A stretch of DNA of 64,000 bases from a virus: positions 6,192 through 70,191 of IMG/VR virus record IMGVR_UViG_3300036893_000044. The stretch is one strand, 5' to 3'. Shown here in pieces: positions 1 through 9,454 of this stretch. Under the pieces are notes generated by a model. That model was given only the letters and a program-made list of their open reading frames with translations. It was not told the origin of the DNA and made no database searches. Position numbers and translations under genes: made by a program. Each line of letters begins with the position of its first letter. Position 1 is the stretch's first letter.

Positions 1-766
1 TATAGACTTACAGGCTAAAAGTGTCACAATCGGACGCGCACAGAGCCTCGTGGCGCGTTCGCTGAGACCTCGGACAGCCCCCAGCATCACCCTTTTAGAC
101 CCTCTACACACTTGTTTGGTCTAGGTATCGCCTTGCTCCGTCTGGTGCTGGTATCGACCTACCGCAATCCCGATCCAGACCCACCTATTCGCACCGCGCA
201 GGCGAGCAGTGCATCCTTATATGGTGGCAGCTTGCCGAGCCGATGCGCCCAGCCTTCGCCGTGGATCGCCAGTCATCCGCAAGCCTCGAGCCTTCCTCCA
301 CTTGCCGGTGGGCCTGCACAGCCATCGCCGTAACTGTTCCATGATTTGTTCCCGATTTGCCGTCTTTGTTGGCCTTCTCGCGTCTCCCTTGTGTATAGCC
401 TCAACACATGGCGACGATTGTAGGCGTCCAAGTCTATTAGATGGTGCGACTTGCGGCGATTAAGTCGGAGAACATCTTCGGATGGCGATGAGAGCGGACA
501 GCGCCCCATTTTCGGGACCGGCCGCGCCCCCTCGACGCGCCCACCCTGCGCCCCGGCTCGACCTGGCCGGCGCTCGCGGACTCGCTTCCCCCGGGAACAC
601 GCGCGCAAGGGTGGCCCCTCGGGCGCACCGTCGCGTTCCGCGACCAACTGAATATATCCAATTTTCCCAATTCCCAAATCCCAAATCCGCTAGTTCGCGG
701 AATTCTCTTGACTTGCGAAGTTGTCACATGGGAAATTAGAACAGTGACGTTGGAACGGAGTGAAGA

Positions 767-1636
767 GTGACAAAAATCATCCCTATCCCGCTTGAAAGGA
801 TCAGGCCCTTCAAGGGGCAGCCGCGGAAGTATTTCGATCCGATTGCACTGCAGGAGTTGGCGGATAGTATTTCTGAAATTGGGCAGCGGACACCTGCCTG
901 GGTGATGGCGGACGGAGATGGGTACCAGTTGATTGCGGGTGAGCGTCGGTGGCGGGCTTGCGCGCTGGCTGGAATTGAAACGTTGCTGTGCGAGGTGCGG
1001 AAAGCGGAGAGTGCAAATTCACAGTACGTGGATTCGGTACTTGAGAACTTTGGGCGTAAGGATTGTACGGTGATGGAGACGGCGTTCGCGATTAAGCGGG
1101 TGACGGAGATTTACTTTGGGAGTGGGGCAAAGCACGGCGATGCGGTTTACGTGAAGGTTGCGCGAATATTTGCGCGGAGCGTGGCGTGGGTTCAGCAGCA
1201 CCGGTCGTTGTTGAATCTGGATGTCAAGGTACAGGCGATGCTGAATCCGGCTTTGCCTGCGGATAAGCGATTGCCGACGCAAGTGGCGGTATCTCTAGCG
1301 AATTTACGGCATGAAGATCAGGTGCGGCTGGCCGGGGAAATTATTGAGCGCGGGATGAAGTTCCGGTCGGCACTCGCGTTTGTGCGCGGGTCGAAGACCG
1401 AGGAGATGCGGGTTAGGAAGAATGGGAGGACGAGGTCTCCTGCGGAAGACTTCAGGATGTTCCGTCGATTTCTGGAGAATCTCGGGCAAGGAGCGCAAAT
1501 TATTTTGGGTATGCCGGTTGAAAACACTCGAGCGATGTTCGTCAATCGGCCTGCAAAGGATTTGACTTCGGTGATTGCGGTGTTGCGGAAACGAGCAAAG
1601 CAGTTGGAAACGCTGGCCGAGAAACTGGAGAGCTAG
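767..1636 (+). CDS. parB: ParB/RepB/Spo0J family protein
   Basis: QPRKYFD..LQELADSI..GQ..P and YQLIAGERRWRA ParB N-domain motifs, followed by HTH. Confidence 0.9.
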   Translation: MTKIIPIPLERIRPFKGQPRKYFDPIALQELADSISEIGQRTPAWVMADGDGYQLIAGERRWRACALAGIETLLCEVRKAESANSQYVDSVLENFGRKDCTVMETAFAIKRVTEIYFGSGAKHGDAVYVKVARIFARSVAWVQQHRSLLNLDVKVQAMLNPALPADKRLPTQVAVSLANLRHEDQVRLAGEIIERGMKFRSALAFVRGSKTEEMRVRKNGRTRSPAEDFRMFRRFLENLGQGAQIILGMPVENTRAMFVNRPAKDLTSVIAVLRKRAKQLETLAEKLES

Positions 1637-2244
1637 TGGAGCAAACTCCGACTTTCGAGGAAGCGTACGCGCAATACCGACGCAAGGTCCGGTACATCTG
1701 CCTGCGCATGCTTCAGAACGAAAACGATGCTGACGATCTGGTTCAGGAGGTGTTCATGCAGTTACACCGAAAAATTCACCTATTCAAAGGGGAATCCTTG
1801 TTTTCAACCTGGCTGCACCGGCTGACAGTCAATGTTGTGCTGATGAAATTACGCGGTAACAGAGCCAGGTTTTTGAAGAATGCGGTATCGCTTGAAGAAA
1901 TGGCGGAAAACGACGAAGAGTCCGGCGCCGGGCGAAGTCTGGATAAAGCGCTGCTAGTCGAAGATGGACATTTACTGGGAGCCGCTAGTCGAATAACCAT
2001 CAATCGCGTACTTGAAAATATGCCGGTCGGGTATCGGCTGGTTTGTGAATTGCACGATATCCAAGGATTCGAACACCACGAAATTGCTGTTCTGCTCGGC
2101 TGCTCGATCGGAAACAGCAAATCGCAACTGAGTAAGGCAAGGAAATGGCTGGCGGAGGCAATTGGCGTTGAGTATCGGGAAGATGATCAATCGGATGTCG
2201 GCGACCTGCTTTCCGGCTTCGATAAATGGCTGGCGGAGGTTTAG
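1636..2244 (+). CDS. ECF (sigma-70 group 4) RNA polymerase sigma factor
   Basis: Region 2 (DADDLVQEVF..FKGESLFSTWLHRLTVN) and region 4 (LHDIQGFEHHEIA..LGCSIGNSKSQLSKAR). Confidence 0.92.
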   Translation: MEQTPTFEEAYAQYRRKVRYICLRMLQNENDADDLVQEVFMQLHRKIHLFKGESLFSTWLHRLTVNVVLMKLRGNRARFLKNAVSLEEMAENDEESGAGRSLDKALLVEDGHLLGAASRITINRVLENMPVGYRLVCELHDIQGFEHHEIAVLLGCSIGNSKSQLSKARKWLAEAIGVEYREDDQSDVGDLLSGFDKWLAEV

Positions 2245-2643
2245 ATGCGAATAACCCGCGACTGCTGGAAATGCGAATATCCGGAATGCGGCCACATCTG
2301 GATTGCGACGGGCGAGGATCCGCCGGAGCAGTGCGCCAAATGCAAAAAGCGCAAATGGCATACGCCGGGCTCGGAAGAGGTGGTCGAGGTCTCCGCTCCC
2401 GCGCGTAAATCAAACGGCAAACTCAACGCGCACGACAAAAAGCGGATGGCGGAGTTGAATGGCCGGTTTGACGAGCACCTTCAGGATGAAATGGAAAAAC
2501 CATCTCGCCTGGCCCGAATCATGGCTTCCGTTCCCGAAGTTCGTCCCGCGGCGGAGATACTGGCGCCACAATCGATCTACCAGAGGCCGGCGCATGCGGC
2601 CAACTGCGGGTGTCTTTCGTGCCGGCCGCCGAAAACGTCGTGA
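2245..2643 (+). CDS. Zinc-ribbon hypothetical protein
   Basis: CEYPECGHIW..PEQCAKCK..W motif; abuts sigma stop. Confidence 0.65.
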   Translation: MRITRDCWKCEYPECGHIWIATGEDPPEQCAKCKKRKWHTPGSEEVVEVSAPARKSNGKLNAHDKKRMAELNGRFDEHLQDEMEKPSRLARIMASVPEVRPAAEILAPQSIYQRPAHAANCGCLSCRPPKTS

Positions 2644-2692
2644 ACTGGATCGGCTAACGCATCCAAATGATCGAAGGTCGAAAGGAGTCCCC

Positions 2693-2863
2693 ATGCTAAC
2701 CATAGCCAATTTCCCCATCGTCCACCGCGAGCCGTTCCATTTCCGGTGTCCCCGCTGCCGTGCCGAAATCAGGCCGGCGAATGTGAAGTGTATTGTCTGT
2801 GCCAATTGTGGCGAAGGCGGAAACGTCGAGGCGTTATCCGCGGTGTTGAGGAAGGCGGCGTAA
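2693..2863 (+). CDS. Small zinc-finger protein
   Basis: AAGGAG RBS; CPRC..CANCGEGGNV, reminiscent of primase Zn-binding knuckle. Confidence 0.55.
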   Translation: MLTIANFPIVHREPFHFRCPRCRAEIRPANVKCIVCANCGEGGNVEALSAVLRKAA

Positions 2864-3177
2864 TGAAGATCGGAACCAAGTCTGTTTTGTTCGGTGCTCA
2901 CTGTTTCTTTCTCCACCCATGGTTTGTCGCCTGGGGATGGTGGAAACTCTACGGATTTCCGTGGGATCCGCGCATGTGGTTCGTCTTCTTCTTCCACGAC
3001 CTCGGCTATTTCGGAAAGCCGGACATGGACGGCGAGGAAGGAGAACAACATCCGTGGACTGGTGCCAAGATCGTCAGTTGGCTGTTCGACGACTTCCCCG
3101 CAGTTTCGTTTCCTTCTTGGTGTGGCCGGACTGTTGGGGAACTGCTTGACATCAGGTACTTGTCATTTGCCGCATGA
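2863..3177 (+). pseudogene. HD-like phage protein, apparently C-terminally truncated
   Basis: MKIGTKSVLFGAH..HP..HDLGY.GKPDMDG..GEQHP family start; ends abruptly at 104 aa. Confidence 0.45.
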
Positions 3178-3306
3178 AACAAGTGGAAGGCAAAGAGGAT
3201 GGCCAGTTTACCATCGACAATGACCTCACGGTGGGAGAAGCTCAATGGCTGGCCGGAGGATTTATGTTCTGGCTGCAAGCTGGCGCGGCTGGATTGATCA
3301 GGAAAA

Positions 3307-3633
3307 ATGATGACCACTGACATCACAATCCGACCGCAGGCTCTCGAAGGCGAAGTATTGGCGCCGGAGAAGATGGACCCTTTCCTCGCGGCAATCGTCA
3401 ACGATTCATATAAACGCCTCAACTCCGCCGTCCGAGATGTTATGCAGTCAATGTATCCGGTTGAAGGCGAAGTCCTCTCACCAGACACGCCACTGCCGCG
3501 CTATCGGACGGAGAACCTGGACCTCGCCAAGCGCAGGGCTGGCTATCACCGCGCGCCTGAATGCTGCGGCCACTACCGGAAAATGTTGTGTATCGGCAGA
3601 TGGAGTTGCCGGGATTGTGGAGAGTACCTGTGA
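3307..3633 (+). CDS. Hypothetical protein with C-terminal Zn ribbon
   Basis: ORF in operon; CCG..CRDC; internal EGEVL(A/S)P repeat. Confidence 0.55.
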   Translation: MMTTDITIRPQALEGEVLAPEKMDPFLAAIVNDSYKRLNSAVRDVMQSMYPVEGEVLSPDTPLPRYRTENLDLAKRRAGYHRAPECCGHYRKMLCIGRWSCRDCGEYL

Positions 3634-4004
3634 GCGCATATTCGGATGCAATGTGGGAGTTTAAGAGAGCACTGCTTTTACGTGTTCTGCGAACGCATAG
3701 AGGTGACTCGGGTGCCGCTGCGCGCGAGTTAGGGATTCACCGAAACACCATGAGTCGATTGATTGCGCAGACGCGCATTTCGATACTGGGAATCAGGCGG
3801 GAATTCCGCGAGCGTAAGGAAGTCGCACGCGAGATTCGGGCGGTAAAGTTAGAACGAGACCCACCGCTATCTTTACCTGAATACAAAACTCTAGAGGGTA
3901 AAGATCGTAGTAGTTATGCTCAGAAGAAACCTGTTCGGCGAGTTAATTCATTGGCGATGGATGATCGACTATGGAAAGCAGTCGAAAGAGTTGGTAACCG
4001 ATGA
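3630..4004 (+). CDS. Fis-type HTH protein
   Basis: FKRALL..VL..HRGD..AAARELGIHRNTMSR; GTG start overlapping upstream stop. Confidence 0.7.
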   Translation: MSAYSDAMWEFKRALLLRVLRTHRGDSGAAARELGIHRNTMSRLIAQTRISILGIRREFRERKEVAREIRAVKLERDPPLSLPEYKTLEGKDRSSYAQKKPVRRVNSLAMDDRLWKAVERVGNR

Positions 4005-4210
4005 AACAACAATGTGTCTGCGCCGCAACCGCCTATCGCAACAACGAGGATGGCACCCGGGATTACAAGATCGTCGGCAAAAGTTCCTGCCTAGTTTGCC
4101 GCGGTTCCGGCTGGGTGAAGACGTGCCCGGATTGCGACGGCGCCGGTATCTTCAACAGCAAACCATGTTACACCTGCCACGGCAACGGGAAAGTGAGGGT
4201 TGAAGGATGA
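4001..4210 (+). CDS. DnaJ-type CxxCxGxG zinc-finger protein
   Basis: Three CxxCxGxG repeats. Confidence 0.7.
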   Translation: MKQQCVCAATAYRNNEDGTRDYKIVGKSSCLVCRGSGWVKTCPDCDGAGIFNSKPCYTCHGNGKVRVEG

Positions 4211-4647
4211 GTAATAAAGAAATCTGCGGCAACATTCGAGACATCCTCAAGCATTTGATTGGCCAGCGCCTGTTGGACATCACGCAGCAGGATCAGGAAG
4301 ACATAGACGCCGGGCGCGACCACTTCATTGAGTTGATGTTTGAGAATGGCGACACATTAAAAATGTTCTCGCTCGCGGGCGAGTTTTACAAGGCGCGCGG
4401 CTCTTTCGCCTTCAGCGATCCCGACAAACCAGATGGAGAGCGAGAATACACCCCGAACGAAGAAGATGCCAAAGCAAAGTGGAACGTCGTTGAGTGGCGG
4501 GACGAAGACGGAATCGCCTACCACAATATGCCGACATTCGGGAGACGGCATATCTTCAACGAAAACTGTTGGTGCGGGACGAGCAAGAAAATTAGAGACG
4601 ACGGGATACCGATCATCACTCACAACGAAGAGAAGGTTTCCGAATGA
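4207..4647 (+). CDS. Hypothetical protein
   Basis: ATGA-coupled ORF; C-terminal H..PTFG..H..CWC motif. Confidence 0.6.
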   Translation: MSNKEICGNIRDILKHLIGQRLLDITQQDQEDIDAGRDHFIELMFENGDTLKMFSLAGEFYKARGSFAFSDPDKPDGEREYTPNEEDAKAKWNVVEWRDEDGIAYHNMPTFGRRHIFNENCWCGTSKKIRDDGIPIITHNEEKVSE

Positions 4648-4913
4648 TGCTCTACCAAAAGTCCATCGCCGAACTCGAAGCGCAGCCCGATTGCAGCGTT
4701 ATCGAGCAGTACACGCCGACTCCCGAAGACAGAGCGCGCGGCAAGGTCATTGTCTTCACCGAGCGCAGGCTTGAGGATGGGTCGCCAGACTGGGAATCGA
4801 CTGTCCACATGCTGCCAACCTTCGGACTGCCACATTTGATTCATTGTGCGTGCTGGTGTTCGCCTGTCGAACATCGGGATCCGGATTACTATTTTCACAG
4901 GGCTAGCCAATGA
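4644..4913 (+). CDS. Hypothetical protein sharing C-terminal motif with upstream ORF
   Basis: HMLPTFGLPH..CWC. Confidence 0.6.
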   Translation: MMLYQKSIAELEAQPDCSVIEQYTPTPEDRARGKVIVFTERRLEDGSPDWESTVHMLPTFGLPHLIHCACWCSPVEHRDPDYYFHRASQ

Positions 4914-5164
4914 ATGTATGGGATGAAGACGAGCGCAAGCGCATCGAGTTATATAGGTCTGGCTGGTCTGTAACTCTCATTGCCGAGTACCGCAAGGAGT
5001 CAGTGGCGACCGTGCAGCGCAGCGTCAACAAACTGCTTGAACTGTTGGGCGAGAAACAAATCGAGGTGAAAGATGAAGGCGAGAAAGACAGCGGTTTTAA
5101 AAGCGTATGCAAGATTGAAGACTCCGTTTACCCGAGTGGATATAACGGAAAAGATGATCACTGA
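4910..5164 (+). CDS. Small HTH protein
   Basis: ELYRSGWSVTLIAEY..SVATVQRSV. Confidence 0.55.
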   Translation: MNVWDEDERKRIELYRSGWSVTLIAEYRKESVATVQRSVNKLLELLGEKQIEVKDEGEKDSGFKSVCKIEDSVYPSGYNGKDDH

Positions 5165-5498
5165 GCATCCGTTGCTCATGCACTGCTACGCGATCTACGG
5201 CAACAGTCGCATCGAAGTGCAGATGTTTAAGATTGACACTGCCATCGGTGGCGTGATGCAAACAACATTCATCAGGCACGGCGACATCGCTCCGCTGACC
5301 TGGGAAGAAATTCAGGATGCGCTCCATGAGTTATTCAATCCTGAAACTGTGGCTGTCGAGGTGTATCCGGCGCTGGCAGATGAATGGCAGGCTAAGACGA
5401 ATATCCGGGTGCTCTGGGTATTGCCTTCAACCTGGCCGCTACCTTTCGGATTGCAGATGGCGAGCGCGTGGGGGAAGCCGCAAGGAGGTTCGATATGA
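5154..5498 (+). CDS. Hypothetical phage protein
   Basis: TWEEIQ..AVEVYP..NIR.LW phage-family motif; coupled ORF. Confidence 0.6.
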   Translation: MITEHPLLMHCYAIYGNSRIEVQMFKIDTAIGGVMQTTFIRHGDIAPLTWEEIQDALHELFNPETVAVEVYPALADEWQAKTNIRVLWVLPSTWPLPFGLQMASAWGKPQGGSI

Positions 5499-5887
5499 GC
5501 GAATGTGGTGTTTGCATCTACGCGGATTCCGATGGTGAATCGGCGGAGTTTCAGGATGTGTCTATTCGTAAGGCTCGCAAGCCTCATCGTTGCTGTGAGT
5601 GTGGTTATGAAATCAAACCCGGTGAGCGCTACGAGCATTACTGGGGTAAGTATGACGGAGAGACCGCAGCCATTGATACCTGCATTATATGCATGGAAAT
5701 CGCTGAGGCTTTCTATTGCGATGGTCGTTTGTATGGCGGCGGTTTATGGGAGAATATGAGCCATGTTATGGGGGAGTTGACTACAACTTGCTTTGATAAA
5801 CTAAGCTCTCCAGAAGCAAAGGCTGAGTTACAACGCCGCTGGATTGAGTGGAAATTTGCGCAGGCACGCAAAAGGAAGCCGCAGTGA
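5495..5887 (+). CDS. Zn-binding phage protein
   Basis: GGAGG RBS; RKARKPHRCCECG..IKPGERY..TC..C. Confidence 0.7.
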   Translation: MSECGVCIYADSDGESAEFQDVSIRKARKPHRCCECGYEIKPGERYEHYWGKYDGETAAIDTCIICMEIAEAFYCDGRLYGGGLWENMSHVMGELTTTCFDKLSSPEAKAELQRRWIEWKFAQARKRKPQ

Positions 5888-6132
5888 AACCCGAAACTCC
5901 CTACACCTCAACCGAACTCATCGACCTTTTGAAGAGCAGGCAAGGCGGTCTCAGTCAGATCGCCTTCGCCAAAGAGATTGGGATTTCGTTTCAGATGTTG
6001 AGCGACATCTATCTTGGCAAACGGAATGTCGGCAATGATCAGGTTCTCGCCTACCTTGCTCCGAAGGGGAAAGAGTTCCAGCACCGCGACTGCTGGCTTC
6101 TGGTTCCTATAGCCGGTCCCCATTCTGAATAA
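5884..6132 (+). CDS. XRE-like HTH protein
   Basis: SQIAFAKEIGISFQMLSDIYLGKR. Confidence 0.65.
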   Translation: MKPETPYTSTELIDLLKSRQGGLSQIAFAKEIGISFQMLSDIYLGKRNVGNDQVLAYLAPKGKEFQHRDCWLLVPIAGPHSE

Positions 6133-6742
6133 CCCACACATGCGCGTGCTGCAACACCCCCTGCAAAGCAAACTTCTCAATATTCGCGCAAAGGTCAATA
6201 TCGCCGTTTTGGTAGACCCGCACCACGGCCACGCCAGTCAGTTTCTCCGCTGAGTCGAGCGCGCGGATGAGAACGTCGGTACAACTCGGCCTATCCCCAC
6301 TTCCACTCGCCAGGTCATTCAGAGTCGGCGCCACGTCTCCTTGAGCAGCAGCCGGCGGCTCGACACGCTGCTTCTCCCAGAACTCCTGCCCTCGCTGCGC
6401 CTGGGCGGCCTTCATCGCCTCTTCCATGCCTTGCTGGACCGCTACCCCTTGCGCGGCCGTCGGAACGCACTGCAGGTGCATCGCGCCATCCGGAAGATAG
6501 TCGCTCTGCTGGACCGGCACGCCGTACAGCACATCCAGAGTTGGCGGAGTCTTCCGATGCCGCAGGAGGTGCCAGATCTTCGCCGCCGTCGATTTGGTCT
6601 GGAAGTGGATGTCGGCCATATCCACGGCAATCGCTGTCGCGGTTTTGCTATTCATTAAGAACGCAAGCGGTCTCTGCCCCCGCGCAAGCAGTTGGTCGAT
6701 CATCATGCGGGCGGCGATCAGGAATTGTGGGTTGGTGGGCAT
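6107..6742 (-). CDS. Hypothetical protein; N-terminus resembles HK97 capsid A-domain
   Basis: P.AFLMN.KT..I...TL..LYGVPVQQSDYLPDG. Confidence 0.6.
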   Translation of the reverse strand: MPTNPQFLIAARMMIDQLLARGQRPLAFLMNSKTATAIAVDMADIHFQTKSTAAKIWHLLRHRKTPPTLDVLYGVPVQQSDYLPDGAMHLQCVPTAAQGVAVQQGMEEAMKAAQAQRGQEFWEKQRVEPPAAAQGDVAPTLNDLASGSGDRPSCTDVLIRALDSAEKLTGVAVVRVYQNGDIDLCANIEKFALQGVLQHAHVWVIQNGDRL

Positions 6743-7275
6743 GAAAGCTCCTTTCGTGTTGCTCTCGGTTTTTTGACTTCTACAAGTGCGCCGCGAATTC
6801 CAGATCGATCAAGAATTTGCGAATCGGCGGTTGAGTAAGCGATCAAGGCTGATGGACCGCCAGCATTTCCAGTTGCGCTCGATCCATCGGGGTAGCGAAA
6901 ATAGAGACGCCCTGCGATAAACAACACAGAATCAGCATACGGCCAAATCCACTTTTGCCAGACATCAATTTCAGTTCGCGCAAAGACTAATGCGATCCCC
7001 CGACCATGAAGCGCCATTCTTTCCATCCAGCCCCCGAGAGATTCGTCGTAAGGCGGATTGAGCCACACGCGGCCAGTTCCCCAGTTTTCTGTGAGCCCGT
7101 CTGTTGGGAGTTCTATATGCCTCGCAGCGGTCGGCCAGGGTCGCGGTGATGGAGCTGCGCAGGGGTCAAGGTCGAATGTTCCGAGTGCCTGCAGGATACT
7201 TGGCGGTGTCAACCAAATAACATCCTGCCCTTTGTTGGGTTTTGTGTGACCGCCGATTCCTTGAACTCCTCTCAT
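6718..7275 (-). CDS. Phage DNA N6-adenine methyltransferase (Dam-like)
   Basis: WLTPP, FDLDPCA, DGL..W, VWLNPPY, ARTE..W, GRL.F motifs. Confidence 0.88.
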   Translation of the reverse strand: MRGVQGIGGHTKPNKGQDVIWLTPPSILQALGTFDLDPCAAPSPRPWPTAARHIELPTDGLTENWGTGRVWLNPPYDESLGGWMERMALHGRGIALVFARTEIDVWQKWIWPYADSVLFIAGRLYFRYPDGSSATGNAGGPSALIAYSTADSQILDRSGIRGALVEVKKPRATRKELSCPPTHNS

Positions 7276-8615
7276 ATGGCGGTCTCCTGGGTAAAGTCTA
7301 GTACGGATTGTTTGAGACGGCAGCGGATTCCGATGTCGATATATTCGGGGTTGAGTTCGATTCCCACACTTTTACAGTTGAGCTTCGACGCGACCTGCAT
7401 TGTAGTCAGCGAGCCGGCGAAAGGATCGAGGACAACTCCGCCCGCTGGGCATCCGGCGAGGATACAAGGCTTGATCAACTCTTGCGGGAAGGTGGCGAAG
7501 TGGGCCTCGGCGAATGGCTCTGAAGCGATAGTCCACACACTGCGTTTGTTGCGGGTGCCGTAGGCTGTGTCCGCAATTTTTAGAAGTCCAGCTGCGGTTC
7601 TGTGCTCTTCTGAATCAGACTTTTCGTACTCCGCAACTGTCTTGTGAGTTTTATTTCCAGATGCGCGTCCAGCCACTTCTATATACTCGCTTGCGCCGGT
7701 CCACTCCCAGCGACTAACTGCGCCAGTATCCCATCCATCCGGCATCTTGATCTTGCGCACATTCCCCATAACAGTCGAATTGCCACCCTCTCCATTGTCA
7801 AAAGTTGAGTTATTCACGTAGGCACCCCCGCGAAACGTCGGCCGAGATTCATCTTGCGTGCAGGGTTCTTTGATCGCCTCCATATCGCAGCGGTACCGCT
7901 CACTTTTGGTTAGCAGAAAAATATATTCATGCGCTTTGGTGCACCGATCCGTCACGCTCTCCGGCATTGGATTAGGCTTCGACCAAATGATGTCCTGCCG
8001 CAGCCACCAACCGTCATCCTGAAGCGCGAACGCGAAGCGCCAGGGGATGCCTACCAAATCTTTAGGCTTTAACCTAGGCGCGGTTCGTGATCCAATCGTG
8101 AGGCATCCGGCGTTGGTTTGTTGCTTCCACCCAGCCACATCGTTTCGCTTAACACCTTGCGCCCGTTGACCCGGCGAAGCGCAATAGGAGTCACCAAGAT
8201 TCACCCAGCAGGTTCCATCTTTCTGTAGCACCCGGCGAATTTCTTGGAATACTACAACCATTTTCTCGATATACTCACGCGGAGTTTTCTCCAGCCCGAT
8301 CTGGTTATCCACGCGCACTGCGCCACACTTTCCGCAAACCTGCGCATATGGCATCCCGCCAGTCTCTTCCTTGTACCGCTGGCCACCTCCATTCTTCCAC
8401 TCGCCGAGAGTTGATGCTCCACTGGTTTGCGACCTGCCGCGGTGGTCGCAGTGAGGAAATCCACCCTGCCACTCAGCGGTTCCGTAATCTCTTAGTCCCC
8501 AGTACGGCGGCGAGGTCACCACGCAATTCACACTCTCATCCGGCATCTGCCGCAGCACGTCGAGCACGTGGCCCTGGTAAACCGTCACCGGACCGTCTTC
8601 AAAATAAGGCGTCAT
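7272..8615 (-). CDS. Site-specific DNA methyltransferase (N4-C/N6-A, beta class)
   Basis: VTSPPYWGLRDY catalytic motif N-terminal, HFATFP and VLDPFAGS SAM-binding motif C-terminal. Confidence 0.92.
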   Translation of the reverse strand: MTPYFEDGPVTVYQGHVLDVLRQMPDESVNCVVTSPPYWGLRDYGTAEWQGGFPHCDHRGRSQTSGASTLGEWKNGGGQRYKEETGGMPYAQVCGKCGAVRVDNQIGLEKTPREYIEKMVVVFQEIRRVLQKDGTCWVNLGDSYCASPGQRAQGVKRNDVAGWKQQTNAGCLTIGSRTAPRLKPKDLVGIPWRFAFALQDDGWWLRQDIIWSKPNPMPESVTDRCTKAHEYIFLLTKSERYRCDMEAIKEPCTQDESRPTFRGGAYVNNSTFDNGEGGNSTVMGNVRKIKMPDGWDTGAVSRWEWTGASEYIEVAGRASGNKTHKTVAEYEKSDSEEHRTAAGLLKIADTAYGTRNKRSVWTIASEPFAEAHFATFPQELIKPCILAGCPAGGVVLDPFAGSLTTMQVASKLNCKSVGIELNPEYIDIGIRCRLKQSVLDFTQETAI

Positions 8616-8763
8616 TCACTTTCCTTTCAGGCCTAAAAATCGATGTAAATCGATGCGGAGGTGCACAAAAGAGGGTTAGAAGAATACTCTACTAGGTGGC
8701 ACGATGCCGGGGCGCGGGTAAAGGTATTAGGTGAAGGTGACGGGCATAGCGTAAGTATATCCT

Positions 8764-8972
8764 CAAGCAATCCTCCAAGTAATACATAGAGCAATGCTTC
8801 AAGCATAATCACCCCATCGAGAATGAGCAGCTTTCTCCGCTTTCTCCTTTGCTTTCTTTTTCTTAGTGTTCCACTTCTCGATTTCAATATCTTGTCGCTT
8901 TTGGTGCCAGTGACCGTCGCCATTAAGGGTGAAGAATTCAGTGAGCAATGCTTGAGCAATGCTTGGAGCATC
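8764..8972. repeat. Iteron-like GAGCAATGCTT repeats (putative origin)
   Basis: Exact copies at 8789-8799, 8943-8953, 8954-8964 plus degenerate copies; quasi-palindromic core AGCA-A-TGCT. Confidence 0.55.
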
Positions 8973-9152
8973 GACAGCGCGTAGTTTTGTGATTGAAACA
9001 ACTGAACCAATGTCGTTCGGGAGTGGGCCTTTACGCCAGTAGTGCATGAGGAGATGGAGGTAAGCTCCACTCCGCTCGGCGTCGAGATGTGATGTGTCGG
9101 CTAGGTAATCGCCGATATAGAGCGGCATCCAGATGTCAGTGTTTTTACTCAT
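8799..9152 (-). CDS. DUF1376/YdaU-family replication protein (short or truncated)
   Basis: WMPLYIGDYLADT.HL.A...GAY..LL..YW..GPLP.D..W.QKR. Confidence 0.85.
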   Translation of the reverse strand: MSKNTDIWMPLYIGDYLADTSHLDAERSGAYLHLLMHYWRKGPLPNDIGSVVSITKLRAVDAPSIAQALLTEFFTLNGDGHWHQKRQDIEIEKWNTKKKKAKEKAEKAAHSRWGDYA

Positions 9153-9454
9153 CGCTGACCCCGTTTGTTTTTGCCAGCGTGTCGAATTTCATTTTCAGGG
9201 TGGAACTCGAAAGAGTAGCCGGTGGAGATTGGTAAAATTTTCAAAATCCCCTGAGACTCTAAACGTTGAATACTCTGCACCACAGAGGAAAGATCACGGC
9301 CAATCATAGGTATTAACCTAAGAAAAATATCCGGCGGAGCGATAGTCGCATCTTCTTGTATTTCAGATATCTCGGCAATGGCTAGTAGGGTGAGTTTCGC
9401 CCGTACTCCAAGCGTCGTACCCCAAACTTTTTTTCGGAACTCAATGAGATTCAT
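9149..9454 (-). CDS. Winged-HTH hypothetical protein
   Basis: AKLTLLAIAE..GRDLSSVVQSIQRLESQGIL. Confidence 0.55.
   Translation of the reverse strand: MNLIEFRKKVWGTTLGVRAKLTLLAIAEISEIQEDATIAPPDIFLRLIPMIGRDLSSVVQSIQRLESQGILKILPISTGYSFEFHPENEIRHAGKNKRGQR

Noticed and set aside
1-740. Short ORFs and GC-rich inverted segments before parB; CCCAAAT repeats near 665-690
   Set aside because: The ORFs lack RBSs or recognisable motifs. The region may be a genome terminus or control region, but this cannot be supported from the window.
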